The translations under genes were made by a program, and so were the position numbers. DNA of 64,000 bases, taken from Thermodesulfobacteriota bacterium (lineage in GTDB: Bacteria > Desulfobacterota > Desulfobacteria > Desulfobacterales > C00003060). Below the pieces are notes generated by a model. The model saw nothing but the letters and a program-made list of their open reading frames with translations. It made no database searches and was not told the origin of the DNA. Of this stretch, positions 42,378 through 52,602 are shown one piece after another. Location: contig JAXHVD010000006.1 of NCBI GenBank assembly GCA_034189385.1, positions 64,001-128,000 on the forward strand, given 5' to 3'. The number at the start of each line of letters is the position of its first letter. Positions within the stretch are counted from its first letter, which is position 1.

Positions 42378-42809
42378 TCAGGACGTGCCCACCAGTGTGA
42401 CTTCCAACCGCCTCTGGCGGGCACGATTGTCGTGATTGATGACCACCACCTGCTGCCAGGTCCCCAGGGCTAAGGCACCGTCCCGCACGGCAATGGCAAT
42501 GGATGGCCCCAACAGGGCAGCTTGGACATGACTGTGGCCGTTTCCGTCGTGCCATGCCTTTTCGTGTTCGTACTCTATGTCCGGTGGTGCGATTCGCGAA
42601 ATAGCCCTTTTCAAGTCCTCCACCACTCCCGGCTCGTACTCTATGGTGGTAATAGATCCTGTGGACCCCACGATAGATGCATGCAGGCTCCCGTCCTTGA
42701 TGCCGGCCCTTTGTACCATAGCCGTGAGCTTGCCGGTAACATCCATCATATCAGGTCCAGTCTTCAAAGAGACTTGCAGACTGTCACAATATAGAACTGG
42801 GGGGCTCAT
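42378..42809 (-). CDS. yjbQ: YjbQ/UPF0047 family protein
   Basis: IEYEPG, HDGNGHSH and LGTWQ motifs. Confidence 0.88.
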   Translation of the reverse strand: MSPPVLYCDSLQVSLKTGPDMMDVTGKLTAMVQRAGIKDGSLHASIVGSTGSITTIEYEPGVVEDLKRAISRIAPPDIEYEHEKAWHDGNGHSHVQAALLGPSIAIAVRDGALALGTWQQVVVINHDNRARQRRLEVTLVGTS

Positions 42810-42915
42810 GATGCATTTTCCTCCAATGGACTTTTCTGAACCAAGAGGCGTTGCCTCTATGGTAGTCATTTACCTTCAAAGGATATCACGTACCAATGGG
42901 TTTACCTCTGCCGTT

Positions 42916-43794
42916 TCAGATGAAGTTTTCAACGGCCATCTGTTCTCTTAGGCGGCGTAGCTCCTTTTGAAAGGTGTAGCTTTGTTTTTCCAGGTTTTTC
43001 CAAAACTCCCTGATGCCGGCCAGCTTCTCTTGAAGAGGAGATTCCTTTAGTTTCACTTTCATTTTCCCCCTCTTTCCGGAGCGAATAATGATGACTTCTA
43101 TGTCATCTCTCGGTTCATAATCCTGCAATATGTCCCGGACCTCTGCCGAGGATCCCACTTGTTCATCTTCTATTTTCGTCAAAATATCCCCCGGCCTCAA
43201 CCCTGCTTCCTCTGCCGGGCCGCCTTCTTGCACATCGGCAATGAGAACGCCCCCACGGGGAGCTACACCGAAGTAGCTGGCCAGGTCCTGATTCAGATCC
43301 TGGGGACGGATTCCCATGTGCGGCCTGTCATACCCGGTAAGCCAAAATGGTTGGGGCCATTGCAAGAAAGACTCCGGGCCTTCTTGACCTCCTTCCCGCG
43401 AGCCCAATGAGACCCTCAATCTTTTTTCTTTGCCATCGTGAATGACTTCCAGCCAAACCGTGTCGCCTGGATTCATTCTTCTCAACATTCTACGGAAATG
43501 CCCAGGGCTCTTAACACGTGTTCCTCCAAGGAAGAGCATGATATCTCCTGCTTCCAGGTCCACCATATCGGCTGGGGAATCATCTACGACGGCGGTGATC
43601 AATACCCCTTGGCCGGGCTGGATACTAAACCGCTCTCGATCCATAGCGCCAATTTCTTCCACCAAGACCCCGAGCCAGGCGGATGTGTTATCTTTGCCTA
43701 CTCCGGCCTGGGCCCACTGTGGTTCCAGACCCCAGCCCACGACCAAGAAAAGGATTCCTATCTCTAACAAGACACCACCCCTTCTTACCTTCAT
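42916..43794 (-). CDS. Exported tandem-PDZ protein without protease domain
   Basis: Signal peptide; two PDZ repeats (WLGV...GVLI..V..DSPA; MGI...GVLI..V..GGPA..AGL). Confidence 0.8.
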   Translation of the reverse strand: MKVRRGGVLLEIGILFLVVGWGLEPQWAQAGVGKDNTSAWLGVLVEEIGAMDRERFSIQPGQGVLITAVVDDSPADMVDLEAGDIMLFLGGTRVKSPGHFRRMLRRMNPGDTVWLEVIHDGKEKRLRVSLGSREGGQEGPESFLQWPQPFWLTGYDRPHMGIRPQDLNQDLASYFGVAPRGGVLIADVQEGGPAEEAGLRPGDILTKIEDEQVGSSAEVRDILQDYEPRDDIEVIIIRSGKRGKMKVKLKESPLQEKLAGIREFWKNLEKQSYTFQKELRRLREQMAVENFI

Positions 43795-43810
43795 CAATGG
43801 CTCCTTTTTT

Positions 43811-44506
43811 CTAAGCTTCCTCATCAATGGCCTGCACATAGACCCGTGCAGTCCCTTTGTCGTAGAAGCCGAGTTTGCGGGCAGCGCCGGCGCTGAGGTC
43901 GATGATGCGACCTTTGACAAAGGGTCCGCGGTCGTTTACCCGCACAATGATGGAACGGCCGTTTTCCAGGTTTCTCACGCGAACGTATGTAGGCAAAGGA
44001 AGATACTTGTGGGCGGCACTGAGACCCTTTGGATCGAACCGCTCACCGTTCGCAGTCATACGGCCGCCTTTCTTATTAAGGGTCTCATACCCATACCAAG
44101 AGGCTGTCCCTTTTTCTTGATATGTCTTTGCCTCCTGCACAGACATGGGGACATAACGCCTGCCATAGACCACATAAGGAGCATTCTTCACTCGGCCCTT
44201 CTCAATGGCTTCCTTTGGGGAGAGACCGTCGATGGATTCGATTTCTTCATGGGTCAGGGGCCAGACAAGAGGCGCCATGGCCACACGGCAGCCGAATTTG
44301 CCAACCTTATAAGCGATCTTCCCGGTCCCCACGGTGGCCTTCGTGGCCCCCTTTGTCACGGCATAGGATGTCTTTACCGTCCCTTTGGCCAGCCGGTAGG
44401 TCGTTAAAGGGATGCCGCAACCAGGAACAGACCAGGCCAGGAAGACCATGACAATGATTGCGAGACCTTCTCGCCCGTGGAGCACGTGACAACCCTTGAC
44501 TTGCAT
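43811..44506 (-). CDS. rlpA: RlpA family lipoprotein (DPBB)
   Basis: GTASWYG, TANGE, AAHKYLP and RVNDRGPF..RIIDLS motifs. Confidence 0.92.
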   Translation of the reverse strand: MQVKGCHVLHGREGLAIIVMVFLAWSVPGCGIPLTTYRLAKGTVKTSYAVTKGATKATVGTGKIAYKVGKFGCRVAMAPLVWPLTHEEIESIDGLSPKEAIEKGRVKNAPYVVYGRRYVPMSVQEAKTYQEKGTASWYGYETLNKKGGRMTANGERFDPKGLSAAHKYLPLPTYVRVRNLENGRSIIVRVNDRGPFVKGRIIDLSAGAARKLGFYDKGTARVYVQAIDEEA

Positions 44507-44572
44507 ATTCTGTTGTTCCCAGCTTGTTTTTGCCTACCATGTCCTATACCTGGAATTCTGCAAGCCTTCAAT

Positions 44573-44766
44573 ATTGATGACGTGTAAAAAGTCCATTTTG
44601 CGCTCTCCGTGAGCATGTTGGGCACCCTTAGAATGCTAGGCTAAAAAGCTAAGACTCCGGCTAACATCCTTTAACAGTTAGCATTCTCCCGCGCAGAACA
44701 TCCCAAGTGCTTTTCTTCTAACATGCTCAATATCCTTCGCACAGGACTTTTTATGAAACTATCAAT
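44573..44766. mobile_element. MITE-like nested inverted-repeat element (~194 bp)
   Basis: ATTGAT..TAAAAAGTCC / GGACTTTTTA..ATCAAT ends; inner IRs TGAGCATGTT/AACATGCTCA and AGAATGCTA/TAGCATTCT. Confidence 0.7.
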
Positions 44767-44942
44767 GCGATCACACCCTATGGTCATGCAGCACTTCACA
44801 GTCTTCCACAGGCAGCGCCGGTGTGAGGGGTCCGGCAAGGTGTTGCCATGAACCTGCGGTTCTTGTTATAGAAGGCCCAAATATGTTGGTCGCCAGTCAT
44901 TCTCGACACGGGGCAAGGGACCAAGGAGAGAGGAAACAGATC

Positions 44943-45551
44943 ATGAAGGCGCCTTTTGAGCCTGTGACCACCAACCTGGCCTATGAAGAGGCCGCAGCCC
45001 TATTTGATGATCATGTGAAAGACCCAGGGATCCGCATGCATTGCAGAGCGTCTGAACAGATCATGAGGGGGCTGGCACGGCACTTCGGCCAAGACGAAGG
45101 GCAGTGGGGCATCCTGGGGCTCCTCCACGATATTGATTTTGACAAGACAAAAGATGATCCGGTGAATCACTGTGTCCTTGCCCGAAAAATATGGCAGGAT
45201 GCGGGCGTTTCGCATGAGGCCATAGAAATCATGGGCTCCCATGCTTGGGGAACAGGGTGCGGTGGAGGAAAGGTAGAGGAGAAAAAGAGAACTAGGGCCA
45301 TTGAACACGCCCTGGTGGCGTCAGAAACCATTACCGGTCTCATACATGCAGCGGCTCTCATGAACCCTGAGAAGAAACTTGCCAACGTAAAGGTGAAATC
45401 TATCAAGAAAAAATACAAGAGCAAGGCCTTTGCCCGAAATTGCAATCGCGAATTCATTGCAGAAATTGAAAACGTGGGGCTCCCGTTGGAGGAGTTCTTT
45501 GGTATTGCTATCAAGGCCATGCAAGAAATAAGTGACGAATTGGGACTGTAG
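44943..45551 (+). CDS. HDIG/HD-domain hydrolase
   Basis: H...GLLHDID and K.K.FA...NRE motifs. Confidence 0.85.
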   Translation: MKAPFEPVTTNLAYEEAAALFDDHVKDPGIRMHCRASEQIMRGLARHFGQDEGQWGILGLLHDIDFDKTKDDPVNHCVLARKIWQDAGVSHEAIEIMGSHAWGTGCGGGKVEEKKRTRAIEHALVASETITGLIHAAALMNPEKKLANVKVKSIKKKYKSKAFARNCNREFIAEIENVGLPLEEFFGIAIKAMQEISDELGL

Positions 45552-45763
45552 CCGGAGGCCCGCCAATACGCCATCGCCCCAAGATGAACCAAGATCTGAC
45601 CGTTTGCCCCCTGCCTTTGCTCTCTTCTGTGAACCATTTTGGGTTTTTGGTGAGGCTGTTCTTTAATAGGGGGCGGCGCAGCCCTGTCCGTGTGCGAAAT
45701 CTCCTTCACAAAGCACGGGCTCTTCGAGCCCTAAAGGGCAACTGCAATGAAAGGAGTTCAGAG

Positions 45764-46183
45764 ATGATGAAAAGCTATCGAAAGGAGCTATGGTTTGAGG
45801 TGCCCACCCGCCGTGCCTTCATCAACATTACTCCCCAGGTGGAGGCCTGTCTTCAAGACAGCGGGATACAAGAAGGGCTTGTGCTGGTAAATGCCATGCA
45901 CATCACGGCTTCTGTCTTCATCAACGATGACGAATCCGGGCTTCATCACGACTATGACCTGTGGTTAGAAAGATTGGCGCCCCATGAACCGGTCTCTCAA
46001 TACCGTCACAATGTGGGAGAGGACAATGCTGACGCCCACATGAAGCGACAGATCATGGGCCGCGAGGTGATTGTCGCGGTGACAGGAGGAAGGCTTGATT
46101 TCGGCACTTGGGAACGGATCTTCTATGGTGAGTTCGACGGTCGAAGAAAAAAGCGGGTGTTGGTCAAGATGATTGGAGAGTGA
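45764..46183 (+). CDS. yjbQ: YjbQ/UPF0047 family protein (second paralog)
   Basis: [18 protein letters not shown] and [12 protein letters not shown] motifs; AAGGAG RBS. Confidence 0.9.
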   Translation: MMKSYRKELWFEVPTRRAFINITPQVEACLQDSGIQEGLVLVNAMHITASVFINDDESGLHHDYDLWLERLAPHEPVSQYRHNVGEDNADAHMKRQIMGREVIVAVTGGRLDFGTWERIFYGEFDGRRKKRVLVKMIGE

Positions 46184-46405
46184 AAAAGGCAAGTTTTCAT
46201 GATGCTTGACAGAGCCAGATCTTCCTGATATGGAGCCGCCTTGTTATGTCGAGGCCTTGGGATTTAGAGCAGCATTCTGCTCCTCCACCATGCCGACAGG
46301 TGGCAAAGAAGGCCTTGTGAGAATCGGTCACAGGCATTGCTGGGCAGGCATCGGTTGAATACAGAAGGGCTATCCATGAACCGTTTCGCAAAGGGGAATC
46401 GACGT

Positions 46406-46741
46406 ATGAAACCTGCTCTCTTTACGTCTATTGCAGCCATCGCTTTGTGTTTATCAGTGTTTGCCTGTTCCACGACGCGCAAGCTGAACGACCTGACCAT
46501 TGGGATGACCACAACGGAAGTGACTGCACTCATGGGCGAACCGGGCATTGCCCGTGAGCCCATGACCAACCAATACGGTCAGGTCATTGAACTATGGCAC
46601 TATGAAATGTACAACAACCGAGTGGACGCCTACCAAGCGTATTTTCTCTATTTCTATGAAGACAAACTGGCTAAATGGGGTGAAGCAAACCATTTGCCGC
46701 GCGCGAAGGTCTATGAAATGAAGTTTGAAAGCCAGAGGTGA
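46406..46741 (+). CDS. Small BamE/SmpA-like lipoprotein
   Basis: Lipobox VFAC; L.IGMT..EV...MGEP motif. Confidence 0.7.
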   Translation: MKPALFTSIAAIALCLSVFACSTTRKLNDLTIGMTTTEVTALMGEPGIAREPMTNQYGQVIELWHYEMYNNRVDAYQAYFLYFYEDKLAKWGEANHLPRAKVYEMKFESQR

Positions 46742-47156
46742 CAATCGACAATTATGGCATGAATGCCACAATTGGGGTGGTGATGCCATACCATCGGCGC
46801 CACAAAATTGCCTCGCCCAAGGGCGATCTAATTCGTGATTTATTGAAATTTCAACATGATAAAGGATGGGTTCTTTTGGCACAATAAGTGCAGATACAAC
46901 ACCATGTACGCGGGAGAATTCTGGGGCCGGTGGCAACATAGAGTCTCACCGCAACCATAATAGGATTTAGGATGAGACACCGACCCCGGCTCCGGAGCTG
47001 CCGCTCATTTCTCTGATTCCCAGCCATATTTTTGACAATCCGTCAACACACCGACTCTACAGACAACCTTTTCCGCACCCCCATGGCTTGCATTTAACCG
47101 ACAGAAACAGTCTTTGGGGCATGTATTCTTTCCTAAAACGCCTCGATCCATTGCAG

Positions 47157-47173
47157 TGGGCACAGATCGTGCA
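47157..47173 (+). promoter_or_regulatory. Possible sigma54 promoter
   Basis: GGGCACAGATCGTGCA gives GG-N10-GC about 100 nt upstream of the HD-GYP gene. Confidence 0.45.
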
Positions 47174-47269
47174 GAGGCCCTGGGGAAGAGGTTTCCCATT
47201 TCCTGAAGGTAACCAGCCAGCAGCTCTCTCTTGGCATGGCGTCATGGCGGGAGAAACAGGTGGTGATCA

Positions 47270-48430
47270 ATGCGTATTCTCGTTGTTGAAGATGATGAGC
47301 CGACCCTGCTTCTCATGAAAGAATGGCTCGAGGGTTGGGGCCACACCGTTTATCCAGCGGAAAGCGGATTGGAGGGATGGACAAAGCTCAAGTCTGTTCC
47401 TGTGGACATCGTCGTGACCGACTGGATAACGCCGGAGATGAACGGGCTGGAGCTTTGCGAGCGTCTACGGAAGGCCGAATTCGGACGTTACATCTATCTC
47501 ATTCTGGTCACTGCCCAAGACTCACAACAAAACATCGTCCGTGGTCTCGAAGCAGGGGTAGACGATTACATTACAAAACCGCTCAACTTCGAGCAGGTGC
47601 GTGCACGCCTTGATATTAGTGCTAGGATCTTAAAACTGAAAAGTGAGCTCACTCGCAGGGACAACGTCATAAGGGACAACTATTTTCAGGCGATTCATAT
47701 GCTCATCAACCTGATAGCAGCCTTTAATGAGGACCTAGGCAACCACTGTAGAAGGGTGGCTACGTTATCTGTCAGGTTGGCAAAGCGCCTCCCCGACGTC
47801 TCGGACTACGACCTGTCCATTGTTGAGGCCACCGGCCTTCTTCATGACATCGGCATGGTAGGCATGCCGCCTAGCGTCCTGACAAAACGAACGACAGAAA
47901 TGAACGGTGAGGAAAAGGATTCTTACAAGTGCCACCCCGCTTACGGAGAAACTATTTTAAATAAAGTTAAAATGTTACAGCCTGTAGCTGCGTTGGTCAG
48001 GGCCCATCATGAACAGTTTAACGGTCGGGGCTTCCCTGACGGCCTGAAAGACAACGAAATCCCTCTTTTGGCGAAGATCGTCTCAGCGGCAGATGCTTAT
48101 GACAAGGCTTTCTACAACTGGAAGATACCATTGGAAGAGATCCCCGACTGTCTGCAACGGCAGCGGGGGTATCAATTGGCGCCTCCCTTAGTGGATCACC
48201 TTATGGAAATCAACTTGGAGGACATAGAGGAAGAACGAAGAAAGGACTTCTTTGAAGTCCTTTTGGATGACGTGCAGGAAGGCATGACGCTATCTCGCAG
48301 TGTGAGAATGAAAAATGGGACACTCGTCATGCCGGCCAACACGGAGCTGACCAGCTACGGCATTGAAAAGCTAAAGGAATATGTAGAGCTGAAACGTATC
48401 GGCAACAGACTCTATGTCTACAAGCATTAG
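47270..48430 (+). CDS. Response regulator with HD-GYP domain (RpfG-like)
   Basis: REC (EDD, TDW, TKP); LLHDIG, HHE..NGRGFP and DAYD motifs. Confidence 0.9.
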   Translation: MRILVVEDDEPTLLLMKEWLEGWGHTVYPAESGLEGWTKLKSVPVDIVVTDWITPEMNGLELCERLRKAEFGRYIYLILVTAQDSQQNIVRGLEAGVDDYITKPLNFEQVRARLDISARILKLKSELTRRDNVIRDNYFQAIHMLINLIAAFNEDLGNHCRRVATLSVRLAKRLPDVSDYDLSIVEATGLLHDIGMVGMPPSVLTKRTTEMNGEEKDSYKCHPAYGETILNKVKMLQPVAALVRAHHEQFNGRGFPDGLKDNEIPLLAKIVSAADAYDKAFYNWKIPLEEIPDCLQRQRGYQLAPPLVDHLMEINLEDIEEERRKDFFEVLLDDVQEGMTLSRSVRMKNGTLVMPANTELTSYGIEKLKEYVELKRIGNRLYVYKH

Positions 48431-48441
48431 GGGAGAGTCAA

Positions 48442-48536
48442 ATGGACATTGCACCGGTCATCGGCCTTAAGGGGGGCTGCACCGAGGTGGCCAGTTTTCT
48501 TGATGGCAGTGGTTTATGTTTGTCAATTCCCCTAGC
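48442..48536 (+). pseudogene. motA/pomA 5' remnant
   Basis: RBS plus MDIAPVIGL.GG, then frameshifted MFVNSPS, matching the MotA N-terminal pattern; the rest is not recognisable. Confidence 0.55.
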
Positions 48537-48867
48537 TTCGTGCTTCATCAAATTCTCCAGGAGAAATGTGATTCATTCCATCAAATTAGTCTGAAGGGCG
48601 TTCATGTGTAAAATGGGGCCAACAAATAAGTCCATAAAAAAGTGGCGTTTTTGCTAAAACCGTCAAGAAAGAGGCGTTGCTTGCCTCTTTCTAACGGGTT
48701 GCGCCAGCGCCTGGCGGACCATTCCAACATCTGACTATCCCGGGCTTCTCAAGAGTGCCTCATTGGCCATTTCCCAGAAACGAATCGTCTTTCAATGCCC
48801 TGCACTGGTCCGTTCTTTCCTGTGATTACTATCGTCATCTTTAGTGGCCATGATGATGCCTTTTGCC

Positions 48868-49010
48868 TTGCACCGAATAAGCGAGCGCATTCCCCTTAGC
48901 TTGCTACGGGGTTAGCGAGCGTATAGTTAAACAGATAACAACCTTACGGTGCTGCGGAGCTCTCCCGTCAGGGAGAACATTCCCAGTGGCTTGCCACGGG
49001 GAGGGTTCAA
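48868..49010. mobile_element. Non-autonomous palindromic element, copy 2 (inverted)
   Basis: Reverse complement aligns to 20137-20255, with an extra internal hairpin TTCTCCCTGACGGGAGAG. Confidence 0.7.
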
Positions 49011-49190
49011 TTACCCTAAAGTCTTTTTTAAAACTGCCGATCTTTAGCAGTGAAAGGCGGTCGGAATGGATTCTCAAACAAAGGCCAATGGTCCCAGGCC
49101 CTAAGGCATGGGGCCGAGAGGAAGGGTGATGGGTTGGGCCTTTCGCAAAAAGCGACTGGGACATGCTGTGGAAGGACCCTTTGCGAGACG

Positions 49191-50417
49191 ATGAAGCCCA
49201 GGAGTATAACTCAAACCATCGTGCGATACGCCTTGATAACAGTGGCTTTTTTGATCGGCTGCTCCTATCAGCGCCACGTCACGCTTCCACTCCCTGATTT
49301 ACCCGAGGGCGTTCACGCCATCCCAAAAGAGAACATTTACGGGTCTTCCAGGGTGGCGGTCTTTGCATTTGCAGAGCCCTCTTACGCCCCTGGAACGGGA
49401 AGGCTTGCTGCGCAAACGATCGGTCATGCCTTGTTGAAAGAAGGCGTGTTTTCAGACGTGGTGGATGAATCTCAGCGGGTGTTCTTCGGCACAGCAAACC
49501 CCATGGATCTGGCCCGATCCGAAGCCTACGACCTGATCATCACCGGAGAGGTCCTCTACCACTTTGATGGCAGTGCATTACAAGCATCAAGGGTCACGGA
49601 GCGGATCCGCGTCAGGCACGTGGCCACCAAGAGGCTCCTCTGGCACGCCACTGCGGCAAGTGCGGGGAGGGCTGCCCCTTCTTTTGACTACATCCTGGTC
49701 AAGGGCATGGGATGTCCTGCGCTGCCCACCTCTGCCTTATTGCGGAGAAACGCGGAAAAGTTCTGTAACATGCTTCTCAGGCAGCCGCCTCAAGCCGCTC
49801 CCGCTGAAGAGAGTAGAGAGCTGCTGCTGATATCCCAGCAGTCGGCCTTGGAAGGGCTCCAAGAAAAGGTTAATGACCTGCTGGCACACAATGACGTGCT
49901 GGAAGAACAGCTTTGGGAAGAAATCCAGAAAAGCGAGGGGCTCCTCAAAGAGGTGGATAACCTTTCCGCACAGGCCGATCAAATGGAACAAGCGCTCAAA
50001 GAAGAGATCGAGAGGGGAGAGATCGCGCTGAAACGATATACTACTAAGACCGTCGTAAACCTGGACAACAGTATCTGTTTTGACTCCGGCTCAGCAAAAC
50101 TGAAAAAGGAAGTGAAAAAATCCCTGGCCAAACTCTCTAAGACCTTAAAGGACTTCCCAGATAACCATATCCAGATAGAAGGGCACACGGATGACCTTCC
50201 CACTCATGGCTATGATTTCTCTTCCAACTGGGAGCTTTCCTCAGCCCGTGCGGTGGCTGTCCTGCAATTCTTGGTGGGAAAAGGAGACATAGACTCCAAA
50301 AGGCTCTCTGCCGTGGGACACGGCGAAAACCGCCCCACCGTCCCGAACGATTCGCCTGAACACAGACGGATGAACCGCAGGGTAGACATTGTGGTTCTGC
50401 CGCCAAAGGCCCATTGA
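49191..50417 (+). CDS. Lipoprotein with coiled coil and MotB/OmpA-type peptidoglycan-binding domain
   Basis: Lipobox LIGC; FDSGSA, IEGHTDD.P, SNWELSSARA and NRRVDI motifs. Confidence 0.85.
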   Translation: MKPRSITQTIVRYALITVAFLIGCSYQRHVTLPLPDLPEGVHAIPKENIYGSSRVAVFAFAEPSYAPGTGRLAAQTIGHALLKEGVFSDVVDESQRVFFGTANPMDLARSEAYDLIITGEVLYHFDGSALQASRVTERIRVRHVATKRLLWHATAASAGRAAPSFDYILVKGMGCPALPTSALLRRNAEKFCNMLLRQPPQAAPAEESRELLLISQQSALEGLQEKVNDLLAHNDVLEEQLWEEIQKSEGLLKEVDNLSAQADQMEQALKEEIERGEIALKRYTTKTVVNLDNSICFDSGSAKLKKEVKKSLAKLSKTLKDFPDNHIQIEGHTDDLPTHGYDFSSNWELSSARAVAVLQFLVGKGDIDSKRLSAVGHGENRPTVPNDSPEHRRMNRRVDIVVLPPKAH

Positions 50418-50566
50418 CCTGAAAAAGCGGTTAAAATAACCTGTGAAAGGTCAACGATTTGACGCATGGTCGGGGACGTCACCATGCCATCAACCTTATG
50501 TTGAATTACCCCCTCCGTAAGCCCCCATATACTGTAGTCTTCAGGCCCATATCTTGGACGAACACG

Positions 50567-50582
50567 TTGGCATGATTCCTGC
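50567..50582 (+). promoter_or_regulatory. sigma54 promoter of the pilB-like gene
   Basis: TTGGCATGATTCCTGC; palindrome GTCAA-N4-TTGAC at 50450-50463 is a possible activator site. Confidence 0.6.
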
Positions 50583-50676
50583 CTAAAAGGGGTTGGACTT
50601 GGTTCTCCCGTACCTTCCGTGAAGTTGGCGGTGGTGGAGACATCCGGTACATCCAACAGGTTGAGAGGCAGGCTTC

Positions 50677-52602
50677 ATGATGCCACTTCAGAAAGACGCT
50701 GCCGGGATCGGCCCGGGCAAAAAGGCGCCTCCGGCAGATCCTTCCAAAGACTTCGGTGAAATCGTACCCCTGCTCTTGCAGGAAGGGTATATAACGGAGA
50801 AGCAGGTCCGTTATGCCCAGAGGGTCCGGTCAAAGCTCGAAACGTCTGCCCCTTTGCTGGGAGTTGTAAAGGAACTCCAATATGTTACCGATAAACAGAT
50901 CGAGAAGGTGCTCAGGGCGAATTTGGGTATCATACGAACAGGAAGCCTCCTGGTTGAGCTGGGACATATCAGCGAAGCAGACCTAGAGGCCAGTCTTGAG
51001 ATCCAGAAAAGGGAAAACCCTAAAAAGAAGCTGGGCGAAATCCTTGTTGCCCACAATTTCATCAATGAACGGACCATACTGGAAACCCTTTCTTTGCAGC
51101 TCGGTTTTCCTATTGTGGAGCCAGAGTTTGTGGAAATTGATGAAAAACTTGCATCCAAAGGAAGAACTGAGTTGTATGTGACCCGGGGCTTTCTTCCCCT
51201 TCGCAGGGAAGGTCAGGGCGTCTTTATAGCCTTTGTAGATCCCACGGACAGTCGTGATGTGGAGGCGGCCAAGAAGCTCTTTGGCAATGACATTACTGTA
51301 GCCATAGCCACCAAGGACTCTATCATCCGGGGAATCAAACGGATTCAGCCCGATGCCAAGACGACCTTGTCTGTGGGGATGGATGACAGCTCAATCGTGG
51401 AAACCGCAGATGCCATTATTCTTGCAGCTATTGAAGAAGATGCCAGCGATATCCACATCGAGCCCATGCATGACCGGATTCGTGTCCGCTTCCGCCAAGA
51501 CGGCGTTCTGGTCCATTACAAGGATTTTCCCCTGGAAATCATTCCATCCCTTACCAGTCGCATCAAAATCATGTGCGAAGCGGACATTGCTGAGAAGCGC
51601 AGGCACCAGGGCGGCCGCATTCTCTTTCAGCACAAAGGCGGAGAACTGGACTTGCGGGTCTCCTTTTACGTCACTGTCCATGGCGAAAAGATCGTGTTGC
51701 GCCTGTTGAACCGCCAGAACCAACTCTTCGACCTCGAAGACATAGGCATGTCGCGCAGGATGCTGGAAAGGTTTAAGGAAGACGCTATTGATCGACCAAG
51801 TGGCGTGGTCATCATTACGGGGCCCACTGGGTCAGGAAAGACCACCACGGTCTATAGCTCCATCAACTACCTCAATGATCCCCAGACAAGCATTATCACT
51901 GCTGAAGAGCCTGTCGAATACGTTATCCCCGGCATATCCCAGTGTTCTATCGATCCCAAGATCAACCTCACCTTTGATGAGACATTGCGCCACATTGTAC
52001 GCCAGGACCCGGACATCGTGGTCATCGGTGAAATCCGTGATACCTATTCAGCCGGAGTTGCCGTGCAAGCAGCACTGACAGGGCACAAAGTCCTCACCAC
52101 CTTTCACACGGAGGACAGCATCGGAGGGCTCATCCGGCTGCTGAATATGGACATTGATGCCTTTCTGATCTCCTCCACGGTCGTGTGTGTGGTGGCCCAG
52201 CGGCTTTTGCGAAGGGTGTGTAAGTCCTGCGAAATGCCCCATCAGCTAAGCCCCGTGGAACTCCGTCGCCTCCATTACGGCCCCCAGGATGTCCTTGGGG
52301 TGGAGTTTCGAAAGGGTCGAGGATGTCCTGAGTGTCGATATTCAGGGTACAAGGGGCGGGTGGCCATATTTGAGCTCCTTGTTCTTGAAGAGCCGGTTCG
52401 CGACGCCATCTTGGCCCGTAAGACCAGTCATCAGATCCGCAGCATCAGCATAGAGAGCACGGGACTGGTGACCCTTTTGGAAGACGGCATCGTCAAGGCT
52501 GCTGCTGGTATTACCACTGTTGAAGAAGTGCTCAAGTGTCTTCCGCGGCTGCAAAGACCTAGGCCTCTGGCAGAGTTACAGCACCTTCTGGGAGGAGCAT
52601 GA
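50677..52602 (+). CDS. GspE/PilB family ATPase with MshEN-like N-terminus
   Basis: ASDIHIEP, GPTGSGKTT, RQDPD, GEIRD, TGH, CxxC pairs and GYKGR motifs. Confidence 0.92.
   Translation: MMPLQKDAAGIGPGKKAPPADPSKDFGEIVPLLLQEGYITEKQVRYAQRVRSKLETSAPLLGVVKELQYVTDKQIEKVLRANLGIIRTGSLLVELGHISEADLEASLEIQKRENPKKKLGEILVAHNFINERTILETLSLQLGFPIVEPEFVEIDEKLASKGRTELYVTRGFLPLRREGQGVFIAFVDPTDSRDVEAAKKLFGNDITVAIATKDSIIRGIKRIQPDAKTTLSVGMDDSSIVETADAIILAAIEEDASDIHIEPMHDRIRVRFRQDGVLVHYKDFPLEIIPSLTSRIKIMCEADIAEKRRHQGGRILFQHKGGELDLRVSFYVTVHGEKIVLRLLNRQNQLFDLEDIGMSRRMLERFKEDAIDRPSGVVIITGPTGSGKTTTVYSSINYLNDPQTSIITAEEPVEYVIPGISQCSIDPKINLTFDETLRHIVRQDPDIVVIGEIRDTYSAGVAVQAALTGHKVLTTFHTEDSIGGLIRLLNMDIDAFLISSTVVCVVAQRLLRRVCKSCEMPHQLSPVELRRLHYGPQDVLGVEFRKGRGCPECRYSGYKGRVAIFELLVLEEPVRDAILARKTSHQIRSISIESTGLVTLLEDGIVKAAAGITTVEEVLKCLPRLQRPRPLAELQHLLGGA

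Noticed and set aside
43442..44407. 321-aa antisense ORF over the PDZ and rlpA genes
   Set aside because: Antisense shadow of well-supported genes
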